From assembly GCA_963718615.1 (NCBI GenBank), contig OY970368.1, positions 4,128,001 to 4,192,000 of the forward strand: a stretch of DNA of 64,000 nt, in the 5' to 3' direction. The DNA comes from an uncultured cyanobacterium. Its GTDB lineage: Bacteria; Cyanobacteriota; Cyanobacteriia; PCC-9006; JAAUQQ01. The notes beneath the pieces were generated by a model. That model saw only the letters and a list, made by a program, of their open reading frames with translations, did no database searches and had not been told where the DNA came from. Below are positions 29,616 to 39,427 of the stretch, piece after piece. Both the position numbers and the translations under genes were made by a program. Numbering within the stretch: position 1 is the first letter of the stretch; every line of letters begins with the position of its first letter.

Positions 29616-31952
29616 TCATTGAGAGGACAGGTTTACCGTCAACGAATTACCGTTGCTCCCTGGCACTAACTTAGCTGCAACCCACTCGTCTCCCGTCCAA
29701 AAAGCTCCATCTGGTCCAGCCGCATAAAGAGGAACAACAGCACCACTTGAATACTTGAGGTTCAACTGATCACCAGAGTAGATCGAGTCATCAAAATCAC
29801 TCTCTACAACAATCGGATCGCGGTTCCGAAGCGTACCATTGGGAGCATCCTGAATTTCTAGGAAGATCTGGTAAGACGACTGAATCCCGGCGCTTCCTAG
29901 CAAAGGATCGTCTTGGGAGAAACTTCCCCCAGCTTGTAGGATTAGGGGGGGCTGATTTTGAACAATGGAATTAAACGCTAGGTCAGGACTGCCATCACCA
30001 ATATTGACGGTAATGACATCACCAAGCGGTGTTTGTCCCGTAGAACTGGAGCGGATGATTTCGCTCTTTGACACGTCATAGCGTCCATCCAGAGTTCCTA
30101 AATTACCTAAGAGTGGGTTATTAACGATCGCATCTTCAGCTTCACCCAACAGCAACTGAGTTTCTCCACGAAGTTCTGCGCTGAAGGCAGGATCATTATT
30201 GGTGGGGTCAAAGCCAACGTTGATGATGATGGAATTAGAGAAGTTCACGATGGCACCCGCATCCATGAGCTCTAGGTTGGCCGGGGTTTGCCCCTGGGTC
30301 AATCGGCTGACGAGCGGAGGGTAAGAACCGCTTTGGAAGCCAAACTCACCGGTTTTATCATTAATAAACTCAAAGCTGGGGCTGGAAAAGCTGAGATTAG
30401 TGTTGCCGTTGAAGACGGCGATCGCATCCCGATTCTTACTAACATCATCGCTCATCCTGTAGAGCGTACTTGTATTCTGAGCCAGATTTGTTTCAATGAC
30501 ATACTGATCCGCCGAACCATGGAGAACAACCAAATCCTCACCGACGGTAAAGTCATTGACAATGGCGAAATCCCCCCATTGATTGCCAAAGTAGTAAGTT
30601 TGGTTGATGTTACCGAGGATGAAGCGATCGCCTCCAACCCCACCCGTTAAATTATCTACTTCCCACCGGCCCAAAGCGACATCATCAGTCCCGTTGAGGC
30701 TATCATCGCCCTGACCACCATAGAGATGATCGTTGCCACTACCACCGGTCAAATGGTCATCGCCATCCAATGCTTCGATTTTATCGTTGCCGCCGAGGCC
30801 GAAAATATTATCATCTTCCTTCGTACCCGTCAGTGGCCAGTTCGCTTGTTCGCTGCCCAGAATTTCAATCTTGCCACCGCTTCGCAGCTTAGCCACACCT
30901 GCATCAACTGAGCTATTGAATTCGCCAGCGGCAAGGGAAATAATCTCCGTCATTCCAGAAACTGGATCCACATCCGAATCCAAGGTTTCGTGATTGCCGA
31001 CATTAGCAGCGGTGAAGCTAAAGGCATTGGGAAGACCACTAAAGCCAACCTTATAGTTGCCCGCTGCAAGATTAGCAAATCCGTAATAGCCACTTGCGTT
31101 GACAATTTGACTGCGGCTAATATCGTCCCCTGTGCCAAAAACACCATCTTGGCCTGCACCAGTGAGTGTGACGCGAACACCACCAAAACCACCTTCACCA
31201 TCGTCATGAATACCATTTTGGTTGGCGTCGAAGAAGACACGGTTGCCGATGAAACCGGTTTTTGGGTCGCGCTGCGGAGAGACCGTTACCTGAACTTGGG
31301 CAATATCTTCACCACCCTTACCGTCGTTGACGTGGTAGGAGAAAACGTCGCTACCCACAAAGCCTGCATTGGGAACGAAACTCAGCTGGCCATTGGGTTG
31401 CAGTGTCACAGAACCGTTGGCGGTGGAAACAGCTTGGCCAGAAGCAATGGGCCAACCATTGAGGGAGGTAATCCTCAGGGCATCTCCATCGGGGTCACGG
31501 TCATTGCTCAGCACATTAAGGTTAACGGATTGACCTGCGGTGACGGAAGCAACATCATTCTGAGCCTCTGGAGCTTCCTGTAGGTTCAAAAGCTTAACGG
31601 CAAGTATCTGAGTATCGGCATAACCGGCGGCGTCTTTGACTTGGATTTTTACGTCATAGATGTTGTCGTTCGCAACAACAGATCGAGGAGTTTCAAAGTC
31701 CGGGGCTTCTTTGAAGAAGAGCTTGCCGCTAAGCTGGTCAATTTCAAAGAAATGGGCGTCAGCTCCACCAATAATGCTATATCTCAAGCGACCATTGGCC
31801 TCGGTACTAATGGCATCATAGGTTTCCACATTAGTCACGAAACGGGTATTTTCGTTGACGTTGACATGAGCACTGTCGCCACCCCCATTACTCGTAATGC
31901 GGGGCTTGTTACTAGAGAAAAGACTTCCTAAAACCATGATCGGGCTTACCAT
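29616..31952 (-). CDS. Cadherin-like / Ig-like / SdrD-B / RTX Ca-binding exoprotein with an extra C-terminal domain
   Basis: PDFE.P...NIYDVKIQVKD cadherin-like domain; P.AQND...NVLSND.DPDGD Ig-like domain; IGNRVFFDANQNG SdrD-B; GGxGxD nonapeptides; no signal peptide. Confidence 0.85.
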   Translation of the reverse strand: MVSPIMVLGSLFSSNKPRITSNGGGDSAHVNVNENTRFVTNVETYDAISTEANGRLRYSIIGGADAHFFEIDQLSGKLFFKEAPDFETPRSVVANDNIYDVKIQVKDAAGYADTQILAVKLLNLQEAPEAQNDVASVTAGQSVNLNVLSNDRDPDGDALRITSLNGWPIASGQAVSTANGSVTLQPNGQLSFVPNAGFVGSDVFSYHVNDGKGGEDIAQVQVTVSPQRDPKTGFIGNRVFFDANQNGIHDDGEGGFGGVRVTLTGAGQDGVFGTGDDISRSQIVNASGYYGFANLAAGNYKVGFSGLPNAFSFTAANVGNHETLDSDVDPVSGMTEIISLAAGEFNSSVDAGVAKLRSGGKIEILGSEQANWPLTGTKEDDNIFGLGGNDKIEALDGDDHLTGGSGNDHLYGGQGDDSLNGTDDVALGRWEVDNLTGGVGGDRFILGNINQTYYFGNQWGDFAIVNDFTVGEDLVVLHGSADQYVIETNLAQNTSTLYRMSDDVSKNRDAIAVFNGNTNLSFSSPSFEFINDKTGEFGFQSGSYPPLVSRLTQGQTPANLELMDAGAIVNFSNSIIINVGFDPTNNDPAFSAELRGETQLLLGEAEDAIVNNPLLGNLGTLDGRYDVSKSEIIRSSSTGQTPLGDVITVNIGDGSPDLAFNSIVQNQPPLILQAGGSFSQDDPLLGSAGIQSSYQIFLEIQDAPNGTLRNRDPIVVESDFDDSIYSGDQLNLKYSSGAVVPLYAAGPDGAFWTGDEWVAAKLVPGSNGNSLTVNLSSQ

Positions 31953-32321
31953 TAATTAAGAACATGGTTGATGCACTAACCTGCAATTGACGACCCAACT
32001 AAGGGGAGTTTTGATTGCTTATAAGCCCTTAAATTTGTTGACTACGGGGTAATGACTGAGCTTAGACATAGGAGCTAAAACCAATTACTTGCCAGTGGGT
32101 TAGACAAGACTTTTCAAGCGATCTGCTTAGCCAAAAGATAGACGATTTTTCGCAAAATTCCTGTACATTTTTGTGGTTATTCTTGTATTGTATCAAGCAA
32201 AAAATAGTCAACTAAAAGCAAATTCATTAATTCTCAAACTGTATCAAGTTTAAATCGTTTCGGGATGCTCTATTTAGGTGGCGATCGTGCTCTTCCCAAA
32301 AGCCAAAAGCGTCAGCCCAGC

Positions 32322-32353
32322 AAAAGCTCCTATCCCAAATTTGGAATAGGAGC
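32322..32353 (-). terminator. Intrinsic terminator of the metalloprotease gene
   Basis: GCTCCTAT.CCAA-at-TTGG.ATAGGAGC with an A-tract on the left (U-tract on the minus strand). Confidence 0.6.
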
Positions 32354-32471
32354 GAGAAAAAGGGCTAGGCCGTTATTACCAGAGATTTAAGGTTTTCATG
32401 GTCAGGTTTCTGCCTGAGAAAACTGCCCTTGTCCATCTGCAATGGGGTTACAAGTAGATGAGTCATCCCCC

Positions 32472-35444
32472 TCAATAAGAAAAGAGAGGACTCACCCAGG
32501 AACTCAGTCCTAGCAACCCAAAACTATTTTTATTCGTTTGCACTGGAGTTAGTTCTAATAGAGGATTAACCTCTAGAGTCGCGGCTCCATATTCATTCGC
32601 ATTCGTGATTGAACTTAATCCGGCGTCAGCGTTAGGAAAGGCGTTTGACGATACGCTAGGTGGATTGACAATAGGTTCTATCTCCAAGGCATCAGTCACA
32701 GCTGATATCAATGGGTCATTTTCAGTCGCATTCTGAAAACTTCCTGCTTCTGCTGATTGCAAAAGCGTTTCGCCAGTCACCCTGCTCGTTTCAGGAAGTC
32801 CAAAATCATTAAATCTGATTCTCAGGTCTTGGCGATCTATGCTTTCTTGGCCCTCTAAGCCAAATTGGGTGGCAGCAACGGTGACTTCAAAAATATTATC
32901 TTGATCCGCATCAGAGCCAGTACTGGCGATCGCCTTAAAGTTGAGTTGTCCGCTAATGGGATCAAGCTGAAATTGATTTGAATCTCGTCCTCCTACGATG
33001 CTGTAAGTGATTTCTGGTGCTATGCTGTAGCGATCTATCGCATGATTAAGGGACTCTGCAATGAAAGGAATATCAACCTCCAGAGTTTGGGAGTTGCCCA
33101 GGCCCACATAGGTCACCTGCGGTCCATTTAAAGAGAATTGCGGTTGGTTCTCAAATTGAGCAATCACATCATTACGATAGAGCAGTTGATTACGTTGAAT
33201 TCTGTAATCCGATACCTTGCCGAAGAGTTGAAGTTTATCTGAGCTATCAAAATCCGAGAGAGTCGCATGGCCTGAGCCTTGGAAATATGCCCCTTTGACA
33301 TCACCCAAAATCACAATGTCACTGCCGCCTCCCGTCGTAATTTTGGCATTCTTGCCTTGGGCGCGAATGATGTCATTGCCATTGCCCGTGGTGACAACCA
33401 TGGCCTGAGAGTCATAGCCTTGGATGGAGATAACATTGTTGCCCGACCCGGCATTGACCTCATAAGTACTGGAAATAGAGGGTTGAAGCAGTCGTCCAAG
33501 ATTCAGGAAACCTAAAAGACCACCGGACTGGGAGCTGGAGGAGCCAGAGTTGGCCGTTCCATCCAAGGGTTCAAAGTAAATGGTGTCATTTCCATCACCG
33601 GTTCGGATGGATTGATTGTCGTCCTTCGTGCCTTTGGTCCAAATTACATTGTCCCCTCCTAGGTCCTGGATGACCGTTTTTCCACCCTGGACAATTAGCG
33701 TGTCGTTGCCCAGACCCCCATTAATCTGGCCCCCTTGACGTCCCAGCACCGCAACATTGTTGCCATTCCCCGTCTCAAGAGTCTGTGCTTCGTCATAGGC
33801 CGGAAGAATCAAATCATTAGCATCATCTCCCCGCAGATTTTGCGTCCGCAGAATGAGCGGAACGCTAGGGATGGCCTGTACTTGGGTGACATTAAGGGAA
33901 CGATTATCCAGGATGATCTCAGCGCTGTTTCCCCTGCCATTGCTGATGATCTGCACAGAGGCTACATCAAAACCCTCTTCTTGCCAAAAGGAAGCGGAGC
34001 TACTACTGACAGCGGCACGCCGCCGTTCGTACAGCCCGGTGCTTGCCGATGGTGCTAGGCTGTTATAGAGGGCTTGCAGCCTACTATTTTCAAGAGATGA
34101 GGGCAGTGAGTTGCTAGATGCTGGGCTGGAGTTGCTCTGTTCGGGCAAGTTACCTTGCAATGCGTCTCGTAATTCCTCTACTTCAATGCCGAGCCGGGCC
34201 GCGAGGGAGAGCTCAGCCTGGGCTCGGAGCTGGCTGTAATCGGGATTGGCAGTTGAGGCATTGGTCAAATCGTAGCCAATGGCATCGAAGGCGCTGAGGT
34301 CAAGGTCAGAAATGCTGGAGCGATCGCCCAGCGCTACACTCGGATCCATAATGCCTAGCGTATTCACCGCTTCATCCGAGGACTGGGGAGCTAAGGTCTG
34401 TTGAGCTCCAGAAGAAGGACCCGTCAAAAGTGAACCGAGCAATCCGTCCACGAGATTAAACAGCCCCCCCAGTAAAATGCATCCTTCCCCCAAAGAGCTT
34501 TGCGAGGTGGTTTGCTGGTTTGGCGGGGCAAATAAACGATTGGGAGAATCGACCCAGTCTGCCTCACTGACTTCAAAGGACAGGTCAAACAGAATTTGAA
34601 CAAAGGCTTGTAAATTCTCGGATGAGGAGCCTTCTAGTTTAAGATCGTTTGAAAGACGGCGATCGGCGGCGGCATTGCCTGGTCCCCAATGGCTCGCCTG
34701 GTAACCATCCGCATAGTTACCCAAGGGAACAATTCCGGTGGAAAAATTAGCCAAGGAGGTCTGACCACCATCCAAGGAAAAGTATGCCGCCGCCCCTCGG
34801 GTCAATTCTCGACTGTTTTGTTCAAGGCTGCGATCGCTATAGCGGAAGAGGTCTAGCAGGGTTGTCTGGGCTAACTGTTGGGACAGTCCCCCTTGAGAGG
34901 GTGCATCTACGCCGCTGATGAAGCCGAGAATATGGCCAATTTCATGGAGCGCAACACCCAATAAATCTAAGGTGTTGGGTTCCATCTCGCCGTTGCGCTG
35001 CAAATCCTCATCCCAGGAGAGTTGCCTATTCTTGCTCAAGTCGTTAATGATAATTTGGCCATCTAGCTCCTTGGAATCAGCATAGGAAATGCCTAGAGCC
35101 TCTGCTTGAGCCTGCGTTAATGTGATGCGCTGACCGAGATAGGTTTCATCCTCCAACAGTACCGAAAAGCCATTCTCAACCTGAAGATTGGCGAGGGCTG
35201 TGGTATCCCGTCCGGATGTTGCATCAGCCGCAAGAGCCGCCTTGACCTGGGCCACATCTACTTCCACATAGGTGGGTAATGCTCCACCCAGAACATTGTC
35301 CGGTAGAGCCGATGTCGCGGCAACTTGAATATCGACAGTAATGTCATCCTGGAGATAATTAGACCACAGTTGCCCAGCCATCTCGAAGGCCAACATCTGC
35401 TGGATGGAGGTCTGTGGGGAGAATGTGAAATTAACAACAGCCAT
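32472..35444 (-). CDS. Zinc metalloprotease (cyanobacterial NF038122-like) with RTX-like repeats and a cadherin-like domain
   Basis: FEMAGQLWS.YL.D, LHEIGHILGFISG (HExxH), LLDLFRYS, YQASHW, GIMDP; later TG.GND repeats and YSIVGG.D...F.LD...G.L.F. Confidence 0.82.
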   Translation of the reverse strand: MAVVNFTFSPQTSIQQMLAFEMAGQLWSNYLQDDITVDIQVAATSALPDNVLGGALPTYVEVDVAQVKAALAADATSGRDTTALANLQVENGFSVLLEDETYLGQRITLTQAQAEALGISYADSKELDGQIIINDLSKNRQLSWDEDLQRNGEMEPNTLDLLGVALHEIGHILGFISGVDAPSQGGLSQQLAQTTLLDLFRYSDRSLEQNSRELTRGAAAYFSLDGGQTSLANFSTGIVPLGNYADGYQASHWGPGNAAADRRLSNDLKLEGSSSENLQAFVQILFDLSFEVSEADWVDSPNRLFAPPNQQTTSQSSLGEGCILLGGLFNLVDGLLGSLLTGPSSGAQQTLAPQSSDEAVNTLGIMDPSVALGDRSSISDLDLSAFDAIGYDLTNASTANPDYSQLRAQAELSLAARLGIEVEELRDALQGNLPEQSNSSPASSNSLPSSLENSRLQALYNSLAPSASTGLYERRRAAVSSSSASFWQEEGFDVASVQIISNGRGNSAEIILDNRSLNVTQVQAIPSVPLILRTQNLRGDDANDLILPAYDEAQTLETGNGNNVAVLGRQGGQINGGLGNDTLIVQGGKTVIQDLGGDNVIWTKGTKDDNQSIRTGDGNDTIYFEPLDGTANSGSSSSQSGGLLGFLNLGRLLQPSISSTYEVNAGSGNNVISIQGYDSQAMVVTTGNGNDIIRAQGKNAKITTGGGSDIVILGDVKGAYFQGSGHATLSDFDSSDKLQLFGKVSDYRIQRNQLLYRNDVIAQFENQPQFSLNGPQVTYVGLGNSQTLEVDIPFIAESLNHAIDRYSIAPEITYSIVGGRDSNQFQLDPISGQLNFKAIASTGSDADQDNIFEVTVAATQFGLEGQESIDRQDLRIRFNDFGLPETSRVTGETLLQSAEAGSFQNATENDPLISAVTDALEIEPIVNPPSVSSNAFPNADAGLSSITNANEYGAATLEVNPLLELTPVQTNKNSFGLLGLSSWVSPLFSY

Positions 35445-36454
35445 TGAGAGCTTAGCCGATAAGGTGTCGGGAATAAAGGGGACTTGAAGTGGTCGATGCG
35501 GTGGATCCTGAAAAAGCTCGGGACAGTCAGGGAGTTTATCTGGAGAACAACAGAAATTAATCCCTTAGGCGTCAATGTTTCATCAAAAAAGAGAAGTTAC
35601 TCCATTAGAATCTCGCAAAACTCAAATTTTAGAACAGGGCAATGACTCTATGGAGATGTTGGAATTTGTGAGATATAGGCATCATGTCATAGAAACTAAT
35701 TCAGGAAAAGATATATCCATATATTCACGGAGAGTTGACAGCAATTCCTTTGATTTTTTTGTTATCTTGACTTGAAAAAACTTGATTATTTAGGCAAAAG
35801 AAGATGTCCCAAATTTTATGCCTAACAAAATAAAAGACAAATCTTTGCATCACAAGAGATTAAGATATTCCAATTCAATGTCGATTTAAATCATCATCAA
35901 ATGAAATAGAACGTCAGGTTTTAGTTGATGGTTATTTCCCAAAATGATTCTCTGTCAACTTCACTCTCTAATAATCCCTGCCTCAAGACAGACGATGTTG
36001 GGGCTGCCTTCCTCCAGCATTGAGGCTGAGTTCGTGCGTCGAAAAAGGTGAAATTAACAACTGCCATGACAACAATCGCCAAGGTAACTTGGTCTCACAG
36101 AGTTTCAGCCCTGAGATAGGCGATCGCAGGCCCTGGAACCACGGAGAGCAAGAACCACAATCGGATATTCAACCCAGACTCATAAAACAAGTGATGATTT
36201 TACTGATAGCATCACTGACTAGGGATCTATGACGACTCGTAGCGAGTATGTCACAGGTATTGTTAGATCTAGGGATAATTCTCCGTTGCTTTACTAACTA
36301 TTAATCGGTTTCTACTGGATACTTTTCCTGTCTTGATTCAGAAAAACTGAGAGTGACGCCCTAAGATGGGGAACGCTGTAGGAAGAGTCTGGTCCTTGCA
36401 TTTGCCACCTTTCGTTACGGTTTTCGCTACAGATGTGGCTGCTGGCTTATTGTC

Positions 36455-39427
36455 GTGACTCATCCCAATGGTTACTTACCCGTTGCATCTGCTTCGCTGT
36501 CCTGGGTTCCTGCACTTGTGCTTCTCCCTGGAGAGTGGCTTGGGTTTGGGCTGGCTGCACAGGCTCAGGTCGTGCCCGATGCAACGTTGCCGATGCCATC
36601 TGTGGTCTCTGGGGATGGCACACCCGGTTTGCAGCGCATTACTGGGGGAACCCGGCAGGGGAATCATCTCTTCCATAGTTTTGAACAGTTCTCCATCCCC
36701 ACCGGGGAAATCGTTGAGTTTGCGAATGAGCTGGATTTAGAGATTATTTTTAGTCGGGTGACCGGGGGCGATCGCTCCACCCTAGAAGGCACCCTCACCA
36801 CCCAGGGCAACGCCGACTTCTTTTTGATCAATCCCCATGGGTTTCTCTTCGGCCCAGACGCCCAGCTCAATGTCGGTGGCTCCTTCATTGCGAGCAGCGC
36901 CAGCCAGGTGGAGTTTTCTGATGGTACAACCTTCAGCGCGGTGGCTCCCGAGGCAACGGGCCTGCTGAGCATCAATCTTCCCGTGGGATTGCAATATGGG
37001 GCAGCACCTGGCGAGATTCAGGTGCAGGGTCCGGGCCATGGCCTCGAAATTGATCCAGCCACCCTAGCTATCGCGCCGGTCAATCCGCCCTCAGCTCGCT
37101 TGGCGGTGAATCCGGGCCAGACCCTTGCCCTTGTGGGAGGCCCTGTTTGGCTAGCGGGGGGAAATGTAGCGGCTCCGGACGGGCGCATTGCCCTGGGAGG
37201 TGTCGGTGGGGGCAGTCTTGTGGGATTGCAGAGAGATGACCTCGGTTGGCAATTGGATTACCAAGAAGTGCTCCAGTTTGAAGATGTCTGGTTGGACCAG
37301 GCCGCTTCTGCGGTGACCACGGGGCCGGGGGGCGGCGAGATCGAAGTGGTAGGTCAGTTTGTGGATCTGCTGGAAGGATCAACGCTGCTGGCGAATACGA
37401 CGGGGGACCAGACCGGTCGTGGCATTACCCTCACAGCGGCAGCGGGTAGCCTCATCCAAGGCGCGGCCTATGATCCGAGTGGGGCGATCGCCGTCTTTCC
37501 CACCAGCCTCTTTGCGGAAGTGGACCTAGACGCGCTAGGGAACGGCGGCACTATTGCTATCACAACCCCCGTTTTGGAGGTGAGTGACGGCGCTCAAATT
37601 TCGACTTCAACGTTCGGGTTTGGCAATGGCGGCGATCTGATGATTCGAGCCGATGAAGTGTTATTGTCTGGCGGTACGGTGGAGCTTGGCCCCAGTGGTT
37701 TTTATTTAGATGTAGCGGATTTCTTCGCTGAGGGCAATGGAGGCAATCTGGATCTCTTGGCAGAGCAACTGACGATCGCCAACGGAGCCAATATTGCCGC
37801 CAATATCTTTGGATTAGGAGATGGCGGTCGGTTGCGGCTCCAGGCCAATCAAATCGATCTCCTGGGGGGAGCAGCGGGCTTAGGGCCGAGCCGCATTGTC
37901 GCCCAGGTTGAAGGTGGCCTGGGCAACGGTGCTCAAATCGACCTGGTGGCCGATCAGCTTAATCTCTTGGACGGTGCCCAGATTTCCAGCAGTCTGTTTT
38001 TGGCCGAAGGGAATGGCGGTGCGATTAATATTCAGGCCAGGGATCTAAATCTGAGGGGGGCCTCTCCCAGTGGGATTTCTAGCGGTATTATTTCCCAGGT
38101 GGAGGCAGAGAGTCTAGGGCGGGGCAGCGATATTACAATTCAGGCGGAGCGGGTGGCGATCGCCCAGGGAGCCGAGATCAACAGTCTCACCTTTGCCTCA
38201 GGTGACGCTGGCAATATTACCATCGACGCCACCCAGATTGACCTCGTCGGAGTAGCGGGAGATGCCACCGGCATTTTTACCACGGTCGAAACCGGGGCTT
38301 TGGGTAACGGGGGTCGCATCGACCTCAAGAGCCAAACAATCCAGATCCAGGACGGAGCTCAGGTTGCGGTGGGCACCAAGGGTCAGGGCAATGGGGGCAG
38401 TCTGGTGGTGCAGGCGAGTCAACAGGTCTTGCTCCAGGGGGGCAATGATGAGGGCCGCAGTGGTCTGTTTGCCAATGCACTGATCGATACCGGGGCAGGA
38501 GGCGATATTCAGGTGCGCAGCGATCGCCTCACCCTCCAGGATGGGGCCACAATCAGCGCCAGTAATTTTTCTAGTCAAGACAATCTCCCGCCGGGGCAGG
38601 GTCCAGCGGGCAGCATTACCGTCCAAGCCCGCCGGATTGAGCTGTTGAACGGTTCAACGATTACAGCCTCGACCTCAGTGGGCGATCGCGGCAACATCAC
38701 CCTGACCGGGGAACAACTGTTGCTGCGCCAAGGCAGCAGCATTACCACCGATGCCCAAGGCTCCGCCACGGGCGGCAACATTGCCATCAACAGTCAATTT
38801 CTCATCGCCCCCGCCGCCGAAAATAGTGATATTACCGCCAACGCCATCCAGGGCCAAGGCGGCAATGTGACGGTGACGGCCACCAGTCTTTTGGGAACTG
38901 AATTTCGGCCACGTCTGACCCCCCAAAGCGACATTACCGCTAGCTCCGAGTTTGGCCTCAATGGCACGGTCGTGATCGATCAACTCAAGGGTGATCCCGC
39001 CTCTGGCAGTACGGAATTGCCGGAAACCTTAGCGGATCAGGGCGATCGCCTCGTGGCCAGTTGCCCCTCCGAGGCCCAGGCAGAATTTATCGTCTCAGGG
39101 CGCGGCGGCATTCCCGCCGATCCGGGGCTGGCACTAGAAGAGCAAGTCTTGGTCACCCGCCAACCTCTGATCCAGACGCTCCCCACCGCCCAGGCCAATC
39201 TCCCCCAACCCGAACCGTCCCAGGTTGAATGGTCCGAAACAAGAACGCTCCCGACCCGCATCACAGAAGCCCAGGCTTGGCGCAGAACGATGAATGGAAC
39301 CATACAACTGCTGGCAACTGTTCCCTCTAGAAACTCTACGGCCTCAGGATTACCGACCCCTGGAATTGCCTCTGCACCGCCGCTCACCTGTCGTCAGCTC
39401 AAAGCCCAAGCCCCCTCTTTAAGATGA
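36455..39427 (+). CDS. Filamentous haemagglutinin N-terminal (TPS) domain beta-helix exoprotein
   Basis: AQA|QVVPD.TL, GNHLFHSFEQFSI, SRVTGG..S, LINPHG..FG..A.L..GGSF, GNGG.I.I beta-helix repeats, C-terminal GRGGIP...EAQAW. Confidence 0.9.
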   Translation: MTHPNGYLPVASASLSWVPALVLLPGEWLGFGLAAQAQVVPDATLPMPSVVSGDGTPGLQRITGGTRQGNHLFHSFEQFSIPTGEIVEFANELDLEIIFSRVTGGDRSTLEGTLTTQGNADFFLINPHGFLFGPDAQLNVGGSFIASSASQVEFSDGTTFSAVAPEATGLLSINLPVGLQYGAAPGEIQVQGPGHGLEIDPATLAIAPVNPPSARLAVNPGQTLALVGGPVWLAGGNVAAPDGRIALGGVGGGSLVGLQRDDLGWQLDYQEVLQFEDVWLDQAASAVTTGPGGGEIEVVGQFVDLLEGSTLLANTTGDQTGRGITLTAAAGSLIQGAAYDPSGAIAVFPTSLFAEVDLDALGNGGTIAITTPVLEVSDGAQISTSTFGFGNGGDLMIRADEVLLSGGTVELGPSGFYLDVADFFAEGNGGNLDLLAEQLTIANGANIAANIFGLGDGGRLRLQANQIDLLGGAAGLGPSRIVAQVEGGLGNGAQIDLVADQLNLLDGAQISSSLFLAEGNGGAINIQARDLNLRGASPSGISSGIISQVEAESLGRGSDITIQAERVAIAQGAEINSLTFASGDAGNITIDATQIDLVGVAGDATGIFTTVETGALGNGGRIDLKSQTIQIQDGAQVAVGTKGQGNGGSLVVQASQQVLLQGGNDEGRSGLFANALIDTGAGGDIQVRSDRLTLQDGATISASNFSSQDNLPPGQGPAGSITVQARRIELLNGSTITASTSVGDRGNITLTGEQLLLRQGSSITTDAQGSATGGNIAINSQFLIAPAAENSDITANAIQGQGGNVTVTATSLLGTEFRPRLTPQSDITASSEFGLNGTVVIDQLKGDPASGSTELPETLADQGDRLVASCPSEAQAEFIVSGRGGIPADPGLALEEQVLVTRQPLIQTLPTAQANLPQPEPSQVEWSETRTLPTRITEAQAWRRTMNGTIQLLATVPSRNSTASGLPTPGIASAPPLTCRQLKAQAPSLR

